DNA of 64,000 nucleotides from Acidobacteriota bacterium (GCA_965248695.1 CBDFKD010000002.1:5536001-5600000), one strand, 5' to 3'; positions 19,608-28,675 are shown, counted from the first letter of the stretch. The notes: generated by a model from the letters alone, not told the origin. Numbers and translations are program-made.

Positions 19608-21707
19608 ATGCGTCGAGATTACCGAAGCATGCTGCCGGTAAGCGCTGTAGGCGTCCTTGCGGCACAGGTGCTGGCCGCTGCTGCGTCGCTGTACGCGCAG
19701 CAGCGGCCTGAGTTCCGCGCCCGCGTTGATCTGGTGCAACTACAGGTGCAGGTGCGCTCCCAGGCCGGAGAGCTCGTCACCGGCCTGGGAGCAGAGGACT
19801 TCATCGTCGTAGTAGAGGGTGAGGCGCGTCCCGCACAGAACGCCTACGAGGTAGACTTGCGGAGCGTGCCCCGCGCAGGTTCTAACGCTGCGGATTCCGG
19901 CAACGCAGCGACGCCGCAGCCTCTCGCTGATCTGCCCCCTGCGGCAAAACGCCACTTTTTGCTGCTGTTTGACTTCAGCTTCACGACCCGTCGCGGCGTT
20001 CGGGAGGCACGAGAATCGGCGCTGCAATTCATCGATCAACAGATCCGTGTGGGCGATCTTGTGGGGGTGGCGACGATTGACCGCCACGGCATGGACCTGA
20101 GCGTTCCCTTCACCAGGAACGTTGCCTATGCACGCGAGGTCATCGCGGATCTCAGTCTTGATCGCGCCACCGATATCATCGTGTGGGAAGACGACCCAGC
20201 CGAGTTCGGAGCCTACGTTATCAGCGTGTCCAACTACGTAGGCTACCTCCGGCAACTAGGGCAAATGCTGCAGGCGATTGACGGACGCAAGCACCTGGTG
20301 CTGCTATCGACGGGTTTCACTGATCTCATGCTAGAAGGCAGGGACCTTGATAGTCGGGCGACATCTTCGGAGGCCAGGTTGAGGGGCTTCGTGCCCGAAA
20401 GCTACATGGATCCAGCATACGAGACCGGATCGCCCGAGGTACGCGCTGCGATCGGAGCGGCGGTGCAGGAGCTGTTACAAGCCGACGGTGTGATCCATGC
20501 GCTGGATCCGCGTGGACTTCTTGCCGAAGGTGGCGATCCGAGTGAAATGGCCCCTGCCAATAGTCGTGGGCCTCGGGCTGGGGGTGATGGTCGGGAAGCG
20601 CTCTACTACCTAGCCTCCGAAACCGGAGGCCAGGCCCATTGGAACCTCAACGACTTGACACCCGCGTTCGCCCAGGTGGAAGAGGCCACAGCCCACTACT
20701 ACGTGGTGGCGTATCGCAAACAGCCCACCGATCCGAACACCGTCAGCATCCATGTCCAGGTGCAGCACCCGGACATGGAGGTGGTCTCAGCGCCTCGACG
20801 GCTTACCACGCCACGGGACTACCAGGACATGAGCGAGGCGCAACAACAGCTGCTTCTGGCCGAAGCCATGACGCACGACACCGACGTGGTGGCCATGGCC
20901 TTGGACGCCAAGACGGTGAGCTTTCCGGCGCCCTTGGACTCCACACCTTCCGTCGCCGTGTTGCTTCAAGTTGCGGGAAGAGATCTGGAGCGGGTAGCGG
21001 CACAACGGGGCGATGACAAAGTGGAGCTTGAGATCGCTTGTTTGGCCCTCGGTCCGGATCACACGGTATTGGATTACGCTCGACGCCGAGTCGGTATTGA
21101 TGTGGCCCGGATGCGGGCCGCGGGACCGATGCAAGCCCAGTCGTTTCGCCACACGGAGTTTGTCGATGTGCCCGTGGGCGAGGGTCGGGTGCGGATCTTG
21201 GTGCGGGACTCCGAGGTGGGCGACCTCACTGCCACCACGCGGCAATACGACGCGGTGACACTGCCACAGGGCCTGTTCCTGGCGCAGCCGATCGTGGTGG
21301 ATGCCTACCGGCTACCGCCGATACGCGGCGACTCCGAGGGGTTCGATCCGCTGCTGCTGAAGGGACAACGCCTCGTGCCGTCGCCGGTGCCGAGTGTTGT
21401 TCCGGGTGGAGGGATCGAGGTTCTGGTTGTCCTTTACAATGTCTCATCGGACTCCACGCCCGCGCAGCTGGTGGCGGCCACGACGGTGCAGTTACAGGAT
21501 GCTGCGGGGAGCGTGCACGTGCTGCCGAACCTTCAACTAAAAGCCTCCCAGGTCATTGAAGATGCCAACGCCGTGCAGTTGCTGTTGGGCGCCTCGGTAC
21601 CGTCGTACACGACCCTAGGCCAGGCTCAGCTTACGGTTCGGGTTGCTGACCATCTTGGGGGGCGAGCGGTACAGGAGGCTACGCAGCTCGTTGTCACTGC
21701 GCGCTGA
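19608..21707 (+). CDS. Acidobacterial-type VWA domain protein
   Basis: PEFRARVDLVQLQVQVR...VTGLGAEDF, LLLFDFS, GRKHLVLLSTG, LASETGG, YYVVAY. The ORF-track start lies inside the IS, so 19608 or 19629 is more likely. Confidence 0.85.
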   Translation: MRRDYRSMLPVSAVGVLAAQVLAAAASLYAQQRPEFRARVDLVQLQVQVRSQAGELVTGLGAEDFIVVVEGEARPAQNAYEVDLRSVPRAGSNAADSGNAATPQPLADLPPAAKRHFLLLFDFSFTTRRGVREARESALQFIDQQIRVGDLVGVATIDRHGMDLSVPFTRNVAYAREVIADLSLDRATDIIVWEDDPAEFGAYVISVSNYVGYLRQLGQMLQAIDGRKHLVLLSTGFTDLMLEGRDLDSRATSSEARLRGFVPESYMDPAYETGSPEVRAAIGAAVQELLQADGVIHALDPRGLLAEGGDPSEMAPANSRGPRAGGDGREALYYLASETGGQAHWNLNDLTPAFAQVEEATAHYYVVAYRKQPTDPNTVSIHVQVQHPDMEVVSAPRRLTTPRDYQDMSEAQQQLLLAEAMTHDTDVVAMALDAKTVSFPAPLDSTPSVAVLLQVAGRDLERVAAQRGDDKVELEIACLALGPDHTVLDYARRRVGIDVARMRAAGPMQAQSFRHTEFVDVPVGEGRVRILVRDSEVGDLTATTRQYDAVTLPQGLFLAQPIVVDAYRLPPIRGDSEGFDPLLLKGQRLVPSPVPSVVPGGGIEVLVVLYNVSSDSTPAQLVAATTVQLQDAAGSVHVLPNLQLKASQVIEDANAVQLLLGASVPSYTTLGQAQLTVRVADHLGGRAVQEATQLVVTAR

Positions 21708-21879
21708 GGCACCGAGCGCATGGCTAAGCTCGAAGGCTCCGTCACTGGCTTCATGCGCGCCAACCAGCCCACGTAGGGACGCATCCGGCAGCAGTAGCAC
21801 CATCTCACCGCCTCGGCACCGGGTTGGTCAGGCGCAGCTCCGAAGCCCCATGGTCACGCCCGATGATGTAGGCGGCCAC

Positions 21880-21963
21880 CTACCAGGTGATCGCGATCCC
21901 GACGGCGACGCCCGGCTCCCAGCCGCGCCCGGGGCTCCGCACGGCACCCATGAGCACGGCCAA
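21880..21963 (-). pseudogene. Orphan 3' end of a phage-like gene, paralogous to the tail of 22622..22870
   Basis: Translates as LAVLMGAVRSPGRGWEPGVAVGIAITW*. Confidence 0.6.
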
Positions 21964-21964
21964 C

Positions 21965-22007
21965 GTGTAAAGCGTTGCTTGACACACTGCTCCAATCTCA
22001 GTACGAT
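21965..22007 (+). promoter_or_regulatory. higBA sigma70 promoter with operator
   Basis: TTGACA (21979)-17 bp-TACGAT (22002), ATG 6 nt downstream. Inverted repeat GTGTAAAGC-gtt-GCTTGACAC covers the -35. Confidence 0.8.
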
Positions 22008-22013
22008 CAGGGC

Positions 22014-22289
22014 ATGATCAGGACGTTCAAGCATCGAGGCTTGAAGGATCTTTTCAAAACTGGTCACAGCGCTCGCATCAATCGCGATTGGCAAGCCAAG
22101 CTGATCCGTCAGATGGACGCTTTGCACAGTGCGGCCCGACCCGAAGACATGAATCTCCCCGGATGGCGGTTCCATAGCCTGAAGGGACAGCCCCGACGTT
22201 ACAGCGTGACAGTGAACGCAAACTGGCGGCTAACGTTCGAATGGCGGGATGGCGACGCCTACCGACTCGATCTAGAGGACTATCACTGA
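22014..22289 (+). CDS. higB: HigB (RelE-like) toxin
   Basis: MIRTFKHRGLKDLF...PGWRFHSLKG...YSVTVNANWRLTFEW...LDLEDYH. Confidence 0.93.
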   Translation: MIRTFKHRGLKDLFKTGHSARINRDWQAKLIRQMDALHSAARPEDMNLPGWRFHSLKGQPRRYSVTVNANWRLTFEWRDGDAYRLDLEDYH

Positions 22290-22615
22290 TGACCGATCTA
22301 ATCGCAGAGCACCCTGCCCGGGCGCCGACGCATCCCGGTGAGATATGGCGCGAGGACATTCTGCCCGCTCTCGGATTGACGGTCACTGCCGCCGCGCGAG
22401 ATCTCGGTGTATCCCGACAGGCCCTGCACAACGTTCTACGCCGCGACAACCCGCATGCGATAAGCTCGGAAATGGCGATGCGTTTCGCACGGCTGTGCGG
22501 TGATGACAAGCTAGCTGGCCTGTGGGTTCGGATGCAGGCTGCCTATGCACTATGGCACGCATCGCAACGGGTCCAGCTCGACGATATTCCGATTCGCGCC
22601 GTCAAGACTGTCTGA
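22289..22615 (+). CDS. higA: HigA antitoxin (XRE HTH)
   Basis: PTHPGEIWREDILP, AARDLGVSRQ, ISSEMAMRF, WVRMQAAY. TGATG overlap with higB. Confidence 0.93.
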   Translation: MTDLIAEHPARAPTHPGEIWREDILPALGLTVTAAARDLGVSRQALHNVLRRDNPHAISSEMAMRFARLCGDDKLAGLWVRMQAAYALWHASQRVQLDDIPIRAVKTV

Positions 22616-22621
22616 CCCGTC

Positions 22622-22870
22622 CTACCATGTAACAGCGATCCCGATGGCGACGCCGGCTCGCCAGCCGTCTGTACCGCTCAGGTCGCGTATCCCACCGATC
22701 AGCACGGCAGGCCAAGCGATCCGCACGCGCCGTCCTTCGAGGCTCTTTCGCCGCGCCTCCGCCAGGTCGAGCCGCGCTTGCGTTGTCTCGTACAGCTGGC
22801 GAGTGATACCCAGCTGATTCCGCAGGTTCACGATCAACTCGTCGCTGGCTACCAGCGGTCCCTGCGCCAC
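22622..22870 (-). pseudogene. Phage-like coiled-coil protein fragment with hydrophobic C-terminus
   Basis: Coiled coil followed by WPAVLIGGIRDLSGTDGWRAGVAIGIAVTW*. No good RBS. Confidence 0.45.
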
Positions 22871-22941
22871 GGATACCTGAAGCCCGAGCCACTTCGTACC
22901 CCCTCGTTGGCGGTGGGCGTAGCCTGCCGGGTCAACGTTGG

Positions 22942-23193
22942 CTAGCGATCGGCCAGCTGACTCGATCGGCGGCGCGGAGGAGCACGGGGAATGACCGCCA
23001 GGAGTTCATGACCCAGCAAGAGCCGGGGCAGCCTTGGAGGATCTTCTGACACTTCGACGATGTAGAATCGGGCGCTGTTCATCAGGTCTCCCCATCCCGG
23101 CTTGCCGCTGCATGTGGATGCCAGGCCGAACACGTATGGCGGGTCGGTGGCAATGCAGTCGATCCCCTGGCCACAGAGCCGACGGATACCCAC
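22942..23193 (-). pseudogene. Fragment of an N4/N6 DNA methyltransferase
   Basis: GIDCIATDPPY catalytic motif IV; no FxGxG motif; reading degenerates after about 40 codons. Confidence 0.7.
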
Positions 23194-23306
23194 ACCGCGG
23201 GCACTCGGGATCTCCGATGCCGAGGTACCCAGGAGAGGTGGAGCCGCAGTACGGGCAGTGGCCGAGGAGGCCTCTCGCGCGACGTCGGAGGCCGATTACG
23301 AGGCCA

Positions 23307-23329
23307 ATCGTGGCACGGATCGTGGCACG
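23307..23329. repeat. Putative integrase arm-type sites next to tRNA-Sec
   Basis: ATCGTGGCACG direct repeat separated by 1 nt, about 95 bp downstream of the tRNA 3' end. Confidence 0.5.
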
Positions 23330-23421
23330 CACGATCCGAGCGCCGCGCCGCGACACCCTCGAGGGAGCGTCGCCGTTCAGGCCATATTCCCGTAAGCTAC
23401 TGGGAACATGAGAGAAAGAAA

Positions 23422-23519
23422 TGGCGGAAGCGCCTGGGAATCGAACCCAGCGAGGACGCCTTCCGGCGCCCCCCAACGGATTTGAAGTCCGCAAGGGCCA
23501 CCAGACCCCATTCGCTTCC
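23422..23519 (-). tRNA. selC: tRNA-Sec (UCA)
   Basis: GGAAGCG acceptor, 6-bp D stem with TGGT loop, CTTCAAA anticodon loop, long variable arm, TTCGATT T loop, GCCA end. Confidence 0.95.
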
Positions 23520-23623
23520 GCTCGGCCGCGCGTGGCGGCATGTCGGAACATTCTGGCAGGCGCTCCGTAGGGTCGCTAGGTAGTATCAAAGGAGCTCGAA
23601 CGCCTTTCCCCTGAGGGTTGCCA

Positions 23624-24049
23624 ATGACAGAAGCAGCGGAACCGACCACGACGACGCGGGAACAGCAGGAGGAGCGCTCGGATGGAGCGTCTGGAGACGC
23701 TGCCGACGGCGAAGAGAGGCGCGACGTCTCCTGGCACCTCGATCGCATCTGGCAGGAGATCAAGGACATCACCCGCCAGCTGGAGAGTGAGACGCGCCGT
23801 GGCGGCCAGATTGCCAAGCTCAAGCTGGACATCCTCGGTCTGCGCCGCAAGGCCAACGAGCACACGTCGCGACTGGGGGTCCTGGTTTACGAGGCGCAGA
23901 AAACGAGCGACAAGCGGCCGACTCTGGCCCGCGTCGAGGGCTATGACGGCGTGGTCGCCGACATCGCCACCGTCGAGGCCGAGATTGACGCGAAGCAGGA
24001 AGAGATTGCGGCGCTGAAGGCGCAGCCGCAGGAGCAGGAAGCGAACTAG
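23624..24049 (+). CDS. Hypothetical coiled-coil protein
   Basis: GC3-biased ORF with GAGG upstream and helical composition. Confidence 0.7.
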   Translation: MTEAAEPTTTTREQQEERSDGASGDAADGEERRDVSWHLDRIWQEIKDITRQLESETRRGGQIAKLKLDILGLRRKANEHTSRLGVLVYEAQKTSDKRPTLARVEGYDGVVADIATVEAEIDAKQEEIAALKAQPQEQEAN

Positions 24050-24086
24050 CGACGGCGCCAGATCCGCTACAATGGGGCCGCCTGGC

Positions 24087-24159
<73 letters not shown>

Positions 24160-24165
24160 CTCGCG

Positions 24166-24193
24166 AAGCCGCCGACGTCCTAGTCGGCGGCTT
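24166..24193. terminator. Hairpin terminator between tRNA-Ala and convergent thiD
   Basis: AAGCCGCCGAC-gtccta-GTCGGCGGCTT, overlapping the thiD stop codon. Confidence 0.7.
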
Positions 24194-25031
24194 TGGCGTT
24201 TTGTGAGCGACCGGCTGGCAGACTTCGACCGTGCCAGAGGGGACCGTGACCACCGCCCAGGCCCGGCGCCGCCAGTATCGCAGCGTGCACATACTGCTTC
24301 GCCGAGCGCGCCGCCTGCTGCAGCGTCCAACCGCGTGCCAGGCCCGCCGCCAGGGCTGCCGCCAGCGTGCAGCCGGTACCGTGGGTATGAGCCGTATCGA
24401 TGCGCGGCGTCCGCAGCCAGGTCTCCGCGTCACCGGTCAGCAGCAAATCGACGGCGTCGCCCTCCAGATGCCCGCCTTTGATCAGCGCCGCTCGTGCGCC
24501 GGTGTCCAGCAACACCCGACCGGCGGCAATCATGCTGGCCGCATCCTCGACGGGAAAGCCGACGATCGCCTCCGCCTCCGCGAGATTCGGCGTGACGCAC
24601 GCGGCGAGCGGCAGCAGCCTGTGCACGAGCACCTCGACCGCGCCGGCATCCAGCAGTGGATCGCCACTCGTGGCAACCATCACCGGGTCGACCACCAGCG
24701 TCGAGATGCCGTGCCGGCGGACCGCTTCGGCCACCGATTCGATGATGTGGCCATCGCCGAGCATGCCGGTCTTGGCGGCGTCGACGCCGATGTCGTCGGC
24801 CACGGCATCGATCTGCGCGCGCACCAGCTCCGCGCTCATGAGGCTGGCGGCGGCGACCCCTCGGGTGTTCTGGGCCGTGATGGCGGTGACCGCCGACATC
24901 CCGAAGACGCGATACGCAGCGAACGTCTTGAGATCAGCCTGTATTCCGGCACCACCGCTGGAGTCCGAGCCCGCAATGGTCAGGGCGCGGGCAACCGGCC
25001 GTCGGCGCATGCCTCGATCGTCGGGATCCAT
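24180..25031 (-). CDS. thiD: Hydroxymethylpyrimidine/phosphomethylpyrimidine kinase
   Basis: [49 protein letters not shown]. Confidence 0.95.
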   Translation of the reverse strand: MDPDDRGMRRRPVARALTIAGSDSSGGAGIQADLKTFAAYRVFGMSAVTAITAQNTRGVAAASLMSAELVRAQIDAVADDIGVDAAKTGMLGDGHIIESVAEAVRRHGISTLVVDPVMVATSGDPLLDAGAVEVLVHRLLPLAACVTPNLAEAEAIVGFPVEDAASMIAAGRVLLDTGARAALIKGGHLEGDAVDLLLTGDAETWLRTPRIDTAHTHGTGCTLAAALAAGLARGWTLQQAARSAKQYVHAAILAAPGLGGGHGPLWHGRSLPAGRSQNAKAAD

Positions 25032-25037
25032 CATCTG

Positions 25038-25047
25038 AGCTTATAAT
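25038..25047. promoter_or_regulatory. Bidirectional -10 element
   Basis: AGCTTATAAT = TATAAT (+) and TAAGCT (-) sharing one TA; each is 6 nt from an ATG. Confidence 0.7.
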
Positions 25048-25053
25048 CGTCGC

Positions 25054-25371
25054 ATGGACTTCGACGATCTCGACTTCAGCGACCCGGCGACTCGTCTAGC
25101 GCATCTGGGCGATATGGAGAAGCTCTCCGAAACGCTGTCCGATCGCGACGGCGGAGAGCTGTTCAAGAAGGATCTCGAGGAAGCGCGACTCCTCGCCGAG
25201 CGCGATGCAAGGTTCCAGGTACTGGTCGAGGGGCTATCGGCGACGTCGCTGGGCGAGCGGCTGGGGGCGGTCAATCGGTTCTTCGACGGGTTCGGCCGGG
25301 TGGAATTGGCGGCGCTTGAGCTGCCCACGCATCTGGGTCAGCTGCGTGCCATCTATCTGAGCTCACGCTAG
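25054..25371 (+). CDS. Hypothetical protein (leaderless)
   Basis: 105-aa GC3-biased ORF; TATAAT 6 nt upstream of the ATG. Confidence 0.7.
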   Translation: MDFDDLDFSDPATRLAHLGDMEKLSETLSDRDGGELFKKDLEEARLLAERDARFQVLVEGLSATSLGERLGAVNRFFDGFGRVELAALELPTHLGQLRAIYLSSR

Positions 25372-25386
25372 CTCCCGTACGCCTAG

Positions 25387-25419
25387 CCCTACGTCCCGCG
25401 CAACCCTACGTCCCGCGCA
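25387..25419. repeat. Tandem duplication covering a stop codon
   Basis: CCCTACGTCCCGCGCA twice; the second copy contains the stop of 25406..25993. Confidence 0.75.
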
Positions 25420-25993
25420 GCCAACCGGGTGGGATTCCCCGACGGCGGGCATCGCGACGGAGCTCCAGCATTTCGGTGTCGAGCTCGGCCAACCTGTCCT
25501 GAGCGGATTCGATCTTGCCCCGCGTCTCGGCCGTCGAGCGGTGCGAGAAGAGAAAGGCGCGCTCCTCGCGGCGCAGGTTGACCATCTGCGCCTGCAGCTC
25601 GGCGCGCTCGCCGGTGATCGCCGCAACGCGCTCGCGCCAGTAGTCCGGGGTGTCCTCTGCCGGAGTCTCTGCCTCCTCACCGCTCTCGGAGTCCTCGGAG
25701 TCCGCGTCGACGTCGCCAGAATCGCCGCCAGACGCGGGCGGACGTGGTGGGCTGGGCGCCTCCTCGATCTCGCTGTCCGGTTCGATGCGATCGACGAGAT
25801 CCATCGGAATGGTGATCTCGGCGCCGTACTGAAGGAACACGAGCTTGTCGCCGACCACTTCGGTGCGCGGCGTACGGATCACGCGGCCGTTCTTGAGATA
25901 GATGCTGTCGGCCGCGGCAAGGCCCGCCTGCCCCACCAGGGCGAGGAGCGCCGCCGCGACCACCCCGAATCGAACCCTGCGCGCAACACTCAT
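25406..25993 (-). CDS. Hypothetical exported protein (small N-terminal domain, acidic linker, coiled coil)
   Basis: Signal peptide then DSIYLKNGRVI; ends ARRRGIPPGWLR; extended -10 TGcTAATCT 7 nt before ATG 25993. Confidence 0.75.
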   Translation of the reverse strand: MSVARRVRFGVVAAALLALVGQAGLAAADSIYLKNGRVIRTPRTEVVGDKLVFLQYGAEITIPMDLVDRIEPDSEIEEAPSPPRPPASGGDSGDVDADSEDSESGEEAETPAEDTPDYWRERVAAITGERAELQAQMVNLRREERAFLFSHRSTAETRGKIESAQDRLAELDTEMLELRRDARRRGIPPGWLRGT

Positions 25994-26037
25994 GCGTTCG
26001 AGATTAGCATGCGCCCGGCGGTCCTCGAAGCGGTCCC

Positions 26038-26883
26038 TCATTGGCTGCGCGGGCGGGCCCGCGAGCCGATCCGGACGGCCCCGTCACCATCGGTAATCAA
26101 CAGGGCGGCGGTGTTCTCCTCGAGCCAGAACACGATCCCCTGACCGACGACGAGCGGCTCGTCCTTGGCCCGATCGCTTACTGCCACCGTGGCCGCGTGC
26201 TCCTCGTAGATCAGCGCCGGTGTGTCGAGCCGCCAACCGTCGGCACGTCCTTGGTCAATCGTGATCACGGCGCCGGCGGCGCGGGTAGTCCACAGCGCCA
26301 TGCTGCGACGCCCGCCCGCAGGATCGATCATCGAGTTGGCCGTGCTCAGCACCACGGTGGCATCTGTCACTCGAGGCGTCACCAGACGATTCGGGTCAAC
26401 CGGCGAGACGGTTCCCGTGGTGGACACATCCTGTTTCAGCAACGGGCCTACCGGGTCGCCCACCTCCAGCTCGATGCAGGACGACTTCACCAAGGCGAGG
26501 GCTCGGTCGCCCTGCAAGTCGATCACCTCGACACGGCCGATCAGGTTCACCGCTTCGCCCACCGATACCCCGGTCGTCGGATGACGTACGACGCCGTCCG
26601 AACGGTAGACGAGGTACGTCTGCCCCGCCTGCATGGGGCCGCCGTGAATGAAGATCTCATCGCCGGTGGAATACATGTGCATTCCGGGCTCACGGGAGCC
26701 GGAGACCTGGGCGAGGGGCTGGCGCGCCATAGGCAGCACGGTGGCGAAGCAGTCCGGGCCCAAGAAGGCTCCGGTATTGGGTACCGTCTGAGCGCTCACG
26801 GCACCGATCGGTACGACCAGACCGACGATGGTGAGCAAGCCAAGCGTGACCGCCACTCGGGCAGTCTGAGGTATGCGACGCAT
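26038..26883 (-). CDS. Hypothetical exported beta-rich protein
   Basis: Signal peptide, GGAGG RBS, YSTGDEIFI and VRHPTTG...IGRVEV segments. Confidence 0.65.
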   Translation of the reverse strand: MRRIPQTARVAVTLGLLTIVGLVVPIGAVSAQTVPNTGAFLGPDCFATVLPMARQPLAQVSGSREPGMHMYSTGDEIFIHGGPMQAGQTYLVYRSDGVVRHPTTGVSVGEAVNLIGRVEVIDLQGDRALALVKSSCIELEVGDPVGPLLKQDVSTTGTVSPVDPNRLVTPRVTDATVVLSTANSMIDPAGGRRSMALWTTRAAGAVITIDQGRADGWRLDTPALIYEEHAATVAVSDRAKDEPLVVGQGIVFWLEENTAALLITDGDGAVRIGSRARPRSQ

Positions 26884-26904
26884 CGGATTCCCCTCCGTAT
26901 GGGG

Positions 26905-27717
26905 TCAACGAATCCCTGGGTCGTCTTCGTCCGACGACCCGGTTGCGCCTCCCGCAAAGAGTCTCTCGCGAGCATCACCGGCGTGGTTGCAGTCCGGATG
27001 CTCGTCGACGAGACGCTGGTAGTAGTCGCCCGCTTGCCGCGCGTCCCCTTCGCGCCAGTACGACTCCGCCAGCAAATTCAGTAGGTCACAGCGAAACGAC
27101 GTCTGCGGATAGTTCCGCAACGCGTAGTGCGCTCGTTGTCGCGATGCGCCGAAGCGTTCTCGCCCGAGCTGGAACGTCGCCACCTGGATCTCGTGCTGAG
27201 TCAGCGTATCGACGACCTCGAGCATGTTCTGCTCGGCAAGGTCGCGATAGCGGCTGTCTGGATAGTCCTCGTGAAACTCTTGATAGGCGCGCAGCGCTTG
27301 GCGCGTTTGCGACTGGTCGCGATCGGCTGATCTCATGAGCCTCGAGAAGCTCATCGCTATCATCAGCTGCGCGTAGTCCACCTGCTCGTGCGACGGATGG
27401 TAAGTCAGGAAGTTGCGGAACGAGTCGACGGCCAGCAGCAGGGTGTCGCTACGCCGGTGCTCGTAGTAGGCGCGCCCCAGCCCGATGCGTGCCTCGGCAA
27501 GGTGCGGGCTGGTGGGATAGTTGCGCAAAAGGGTGTCGAAGGCCTCTGCCGCTTGACGATTCTTGCCATCGTCCAGAAAGCCTTGCGCCTGCTCGAACAA
27601 CTCGGTGCCGGTGGTATCGGAAGGCAGAACCATGCCGGCCGAGCCGCAGCCCCAGACCACGAGGCCCAGTACTGCGGCGCAAGCACCGGCAGGCAGCCAG
27701 TTCGGAGAAGCCTTCAT
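26905..27717 (-). CDS. bamD: Outer-membrane protein assembly factor BamD
   Basis: Lipobox VVWGC, NYPTS, FLTYHPSHEQVDYAQ, DRDQSQT, YPDSRY. Confidence 0.9.
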   Translation of the reverse strand: MKASPNWLPAGACAAVLGLVVWGCGSAGMVLPSDTTGTELFEQAQGFLDDGKNRQAAEAFDTLLRNYPTSPHLAEARIGLGRAYYEHRRSDTLLLAVDSFRNFLTYHPSHEQVDYAQLMIAMSFSRLMRSADRDQSQTRQALRAYQEFHEDYPDSRYRDLAEQNMLEVVDTLTQHEIQVATFQLGRERFGASRQRAHYALRNYPQTSFRCDLLNLLAESYWREGDARQAGDYYQRLVDEHPDCNHAGDARERLFAGGATGSSDEDDPGIR

Positions 27718-27736
27718 CGGTGTCGATCTCGCCTTG

Positions 27737-28675
27737 TCAGTTCGTCGCTCGCAGCCAGTTCCAGTGGCTTGCGATCCCGTCTTCAAGCTGTGTCGAGGGT
27801 ACAAAGTCTAGGTCGCTGCTGGCACGTCGCGTATCGGCCAGGGTGTGGCCGACATCACCGTGCTGCACCCCCGTTCGCTGCACCTCGAGTCGACTTCCGG
27901 TCACGGCTTCGATGACCTCGATGAGGCGATTCACCGTTACCGTGCTCCCCCCTCCGACATTATACACAGCACCTGGTCGGCCCCGATCGGCCGCACGCAG
28001 CGTCGCCTCCACGGTGTCGTCGACGTAGGTGAAGTCGCGCGTCTGCTCCCCGTCTCCGAACAGCGTGATCGGGGTGCCTTCGCGGCCCGCGGTCAGAAAC
28101 CGCTGGATCGCCATGTCCGGCCTCTGTCGGGGGCCATACACGGTGAAGTAACGCAGGCTCACGGTCGGAACGCCATAGTTACGGTAATAAAGACGGACCA
28201 GGTGTTCCCCGGCGAGCTTGGTGACGCCGTAGGGAGAGTGCGGCCGCTCGCGCGCCGTCTCCGCCATTGGCAGCACGTCGGTGTCCCCGTATACCGACGA
28301 GGACGAGGCGTAGGCGAAGCGCTCGATGCCGACGATGCGAGCCGCTTCCAGGATTCGCTGGGTGGCGTAGACGTTGTGGGCGGCGTAGTCCTCGAAGCTC
28401 GCGCCCCATGACGACCGCACGCCGGGCAGCGCCGCGAGGTGAAAGACGCGATCCGAATGCGCCATCAGCGGCTCGATGTCGAGGTTCTCGATCATCCCAT
28501 CGACGAGGGAAAAGCCGGGGTCGGAGAGCAGCGTCTGCAGGTTGGCGCGTTTGAGCGGCTCCGCATAGTTGTTGACGAAGCCGTCCACGCCGACGACCTG
28601 GTGGCCATCGGCAAGCAGTCGTTGCGCCAGTGTCGATGCGATGAACCCCGCAACACCGGTAACCAGGCAGCGCAT
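27737..28675 (-). CDS. NAD-dependent epimerase/dehydratase (UDP-glucuronate 4-epimerase-like)
   Basis: VTGVAGFIAS, ASSSSVYG, YGVTK, YFTVYGPRQRPDMA. Confidence 0.9.
   Translation of the reverse strand: MRCLVTGVAGFIASTLAQRLLADGHQVVGVDGFVNNYAEPLKRANLQTLLSDPGFSLVDGMIENLDIEPLMAHSDRVFHLAALPGVRSSWGASFEDYAAHNVYATQRILEAARIVGIERFAYASSSSVYGDTDVLPMAETARERPHSPYGVTKLAGEHLVRLYYRNYGVPTVSLRYFTVYGPRQRPDMAIQRFLTAGREGTPITLFGDGEQTRDFTYVDDTVEATLRAADRGRPGAVYNVGGGSTVTVNRLIEVIEAVTGSRLEVQRTGVQHGDVGHTLADTRRASSDLDFVPSTQLEDGIASHWNWLRATN

Noticed and set aside
23006-23551. 181-aa ORF spanning tRNA-Sec
   Set aside because: It reads through the tRNA gene; only the internal CxxC pair may be a real remnant.
25032-25053. TPP riboswitch upstream of thiD
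   Set aside because: Only 22 bp are available and no TPP consensus is present.
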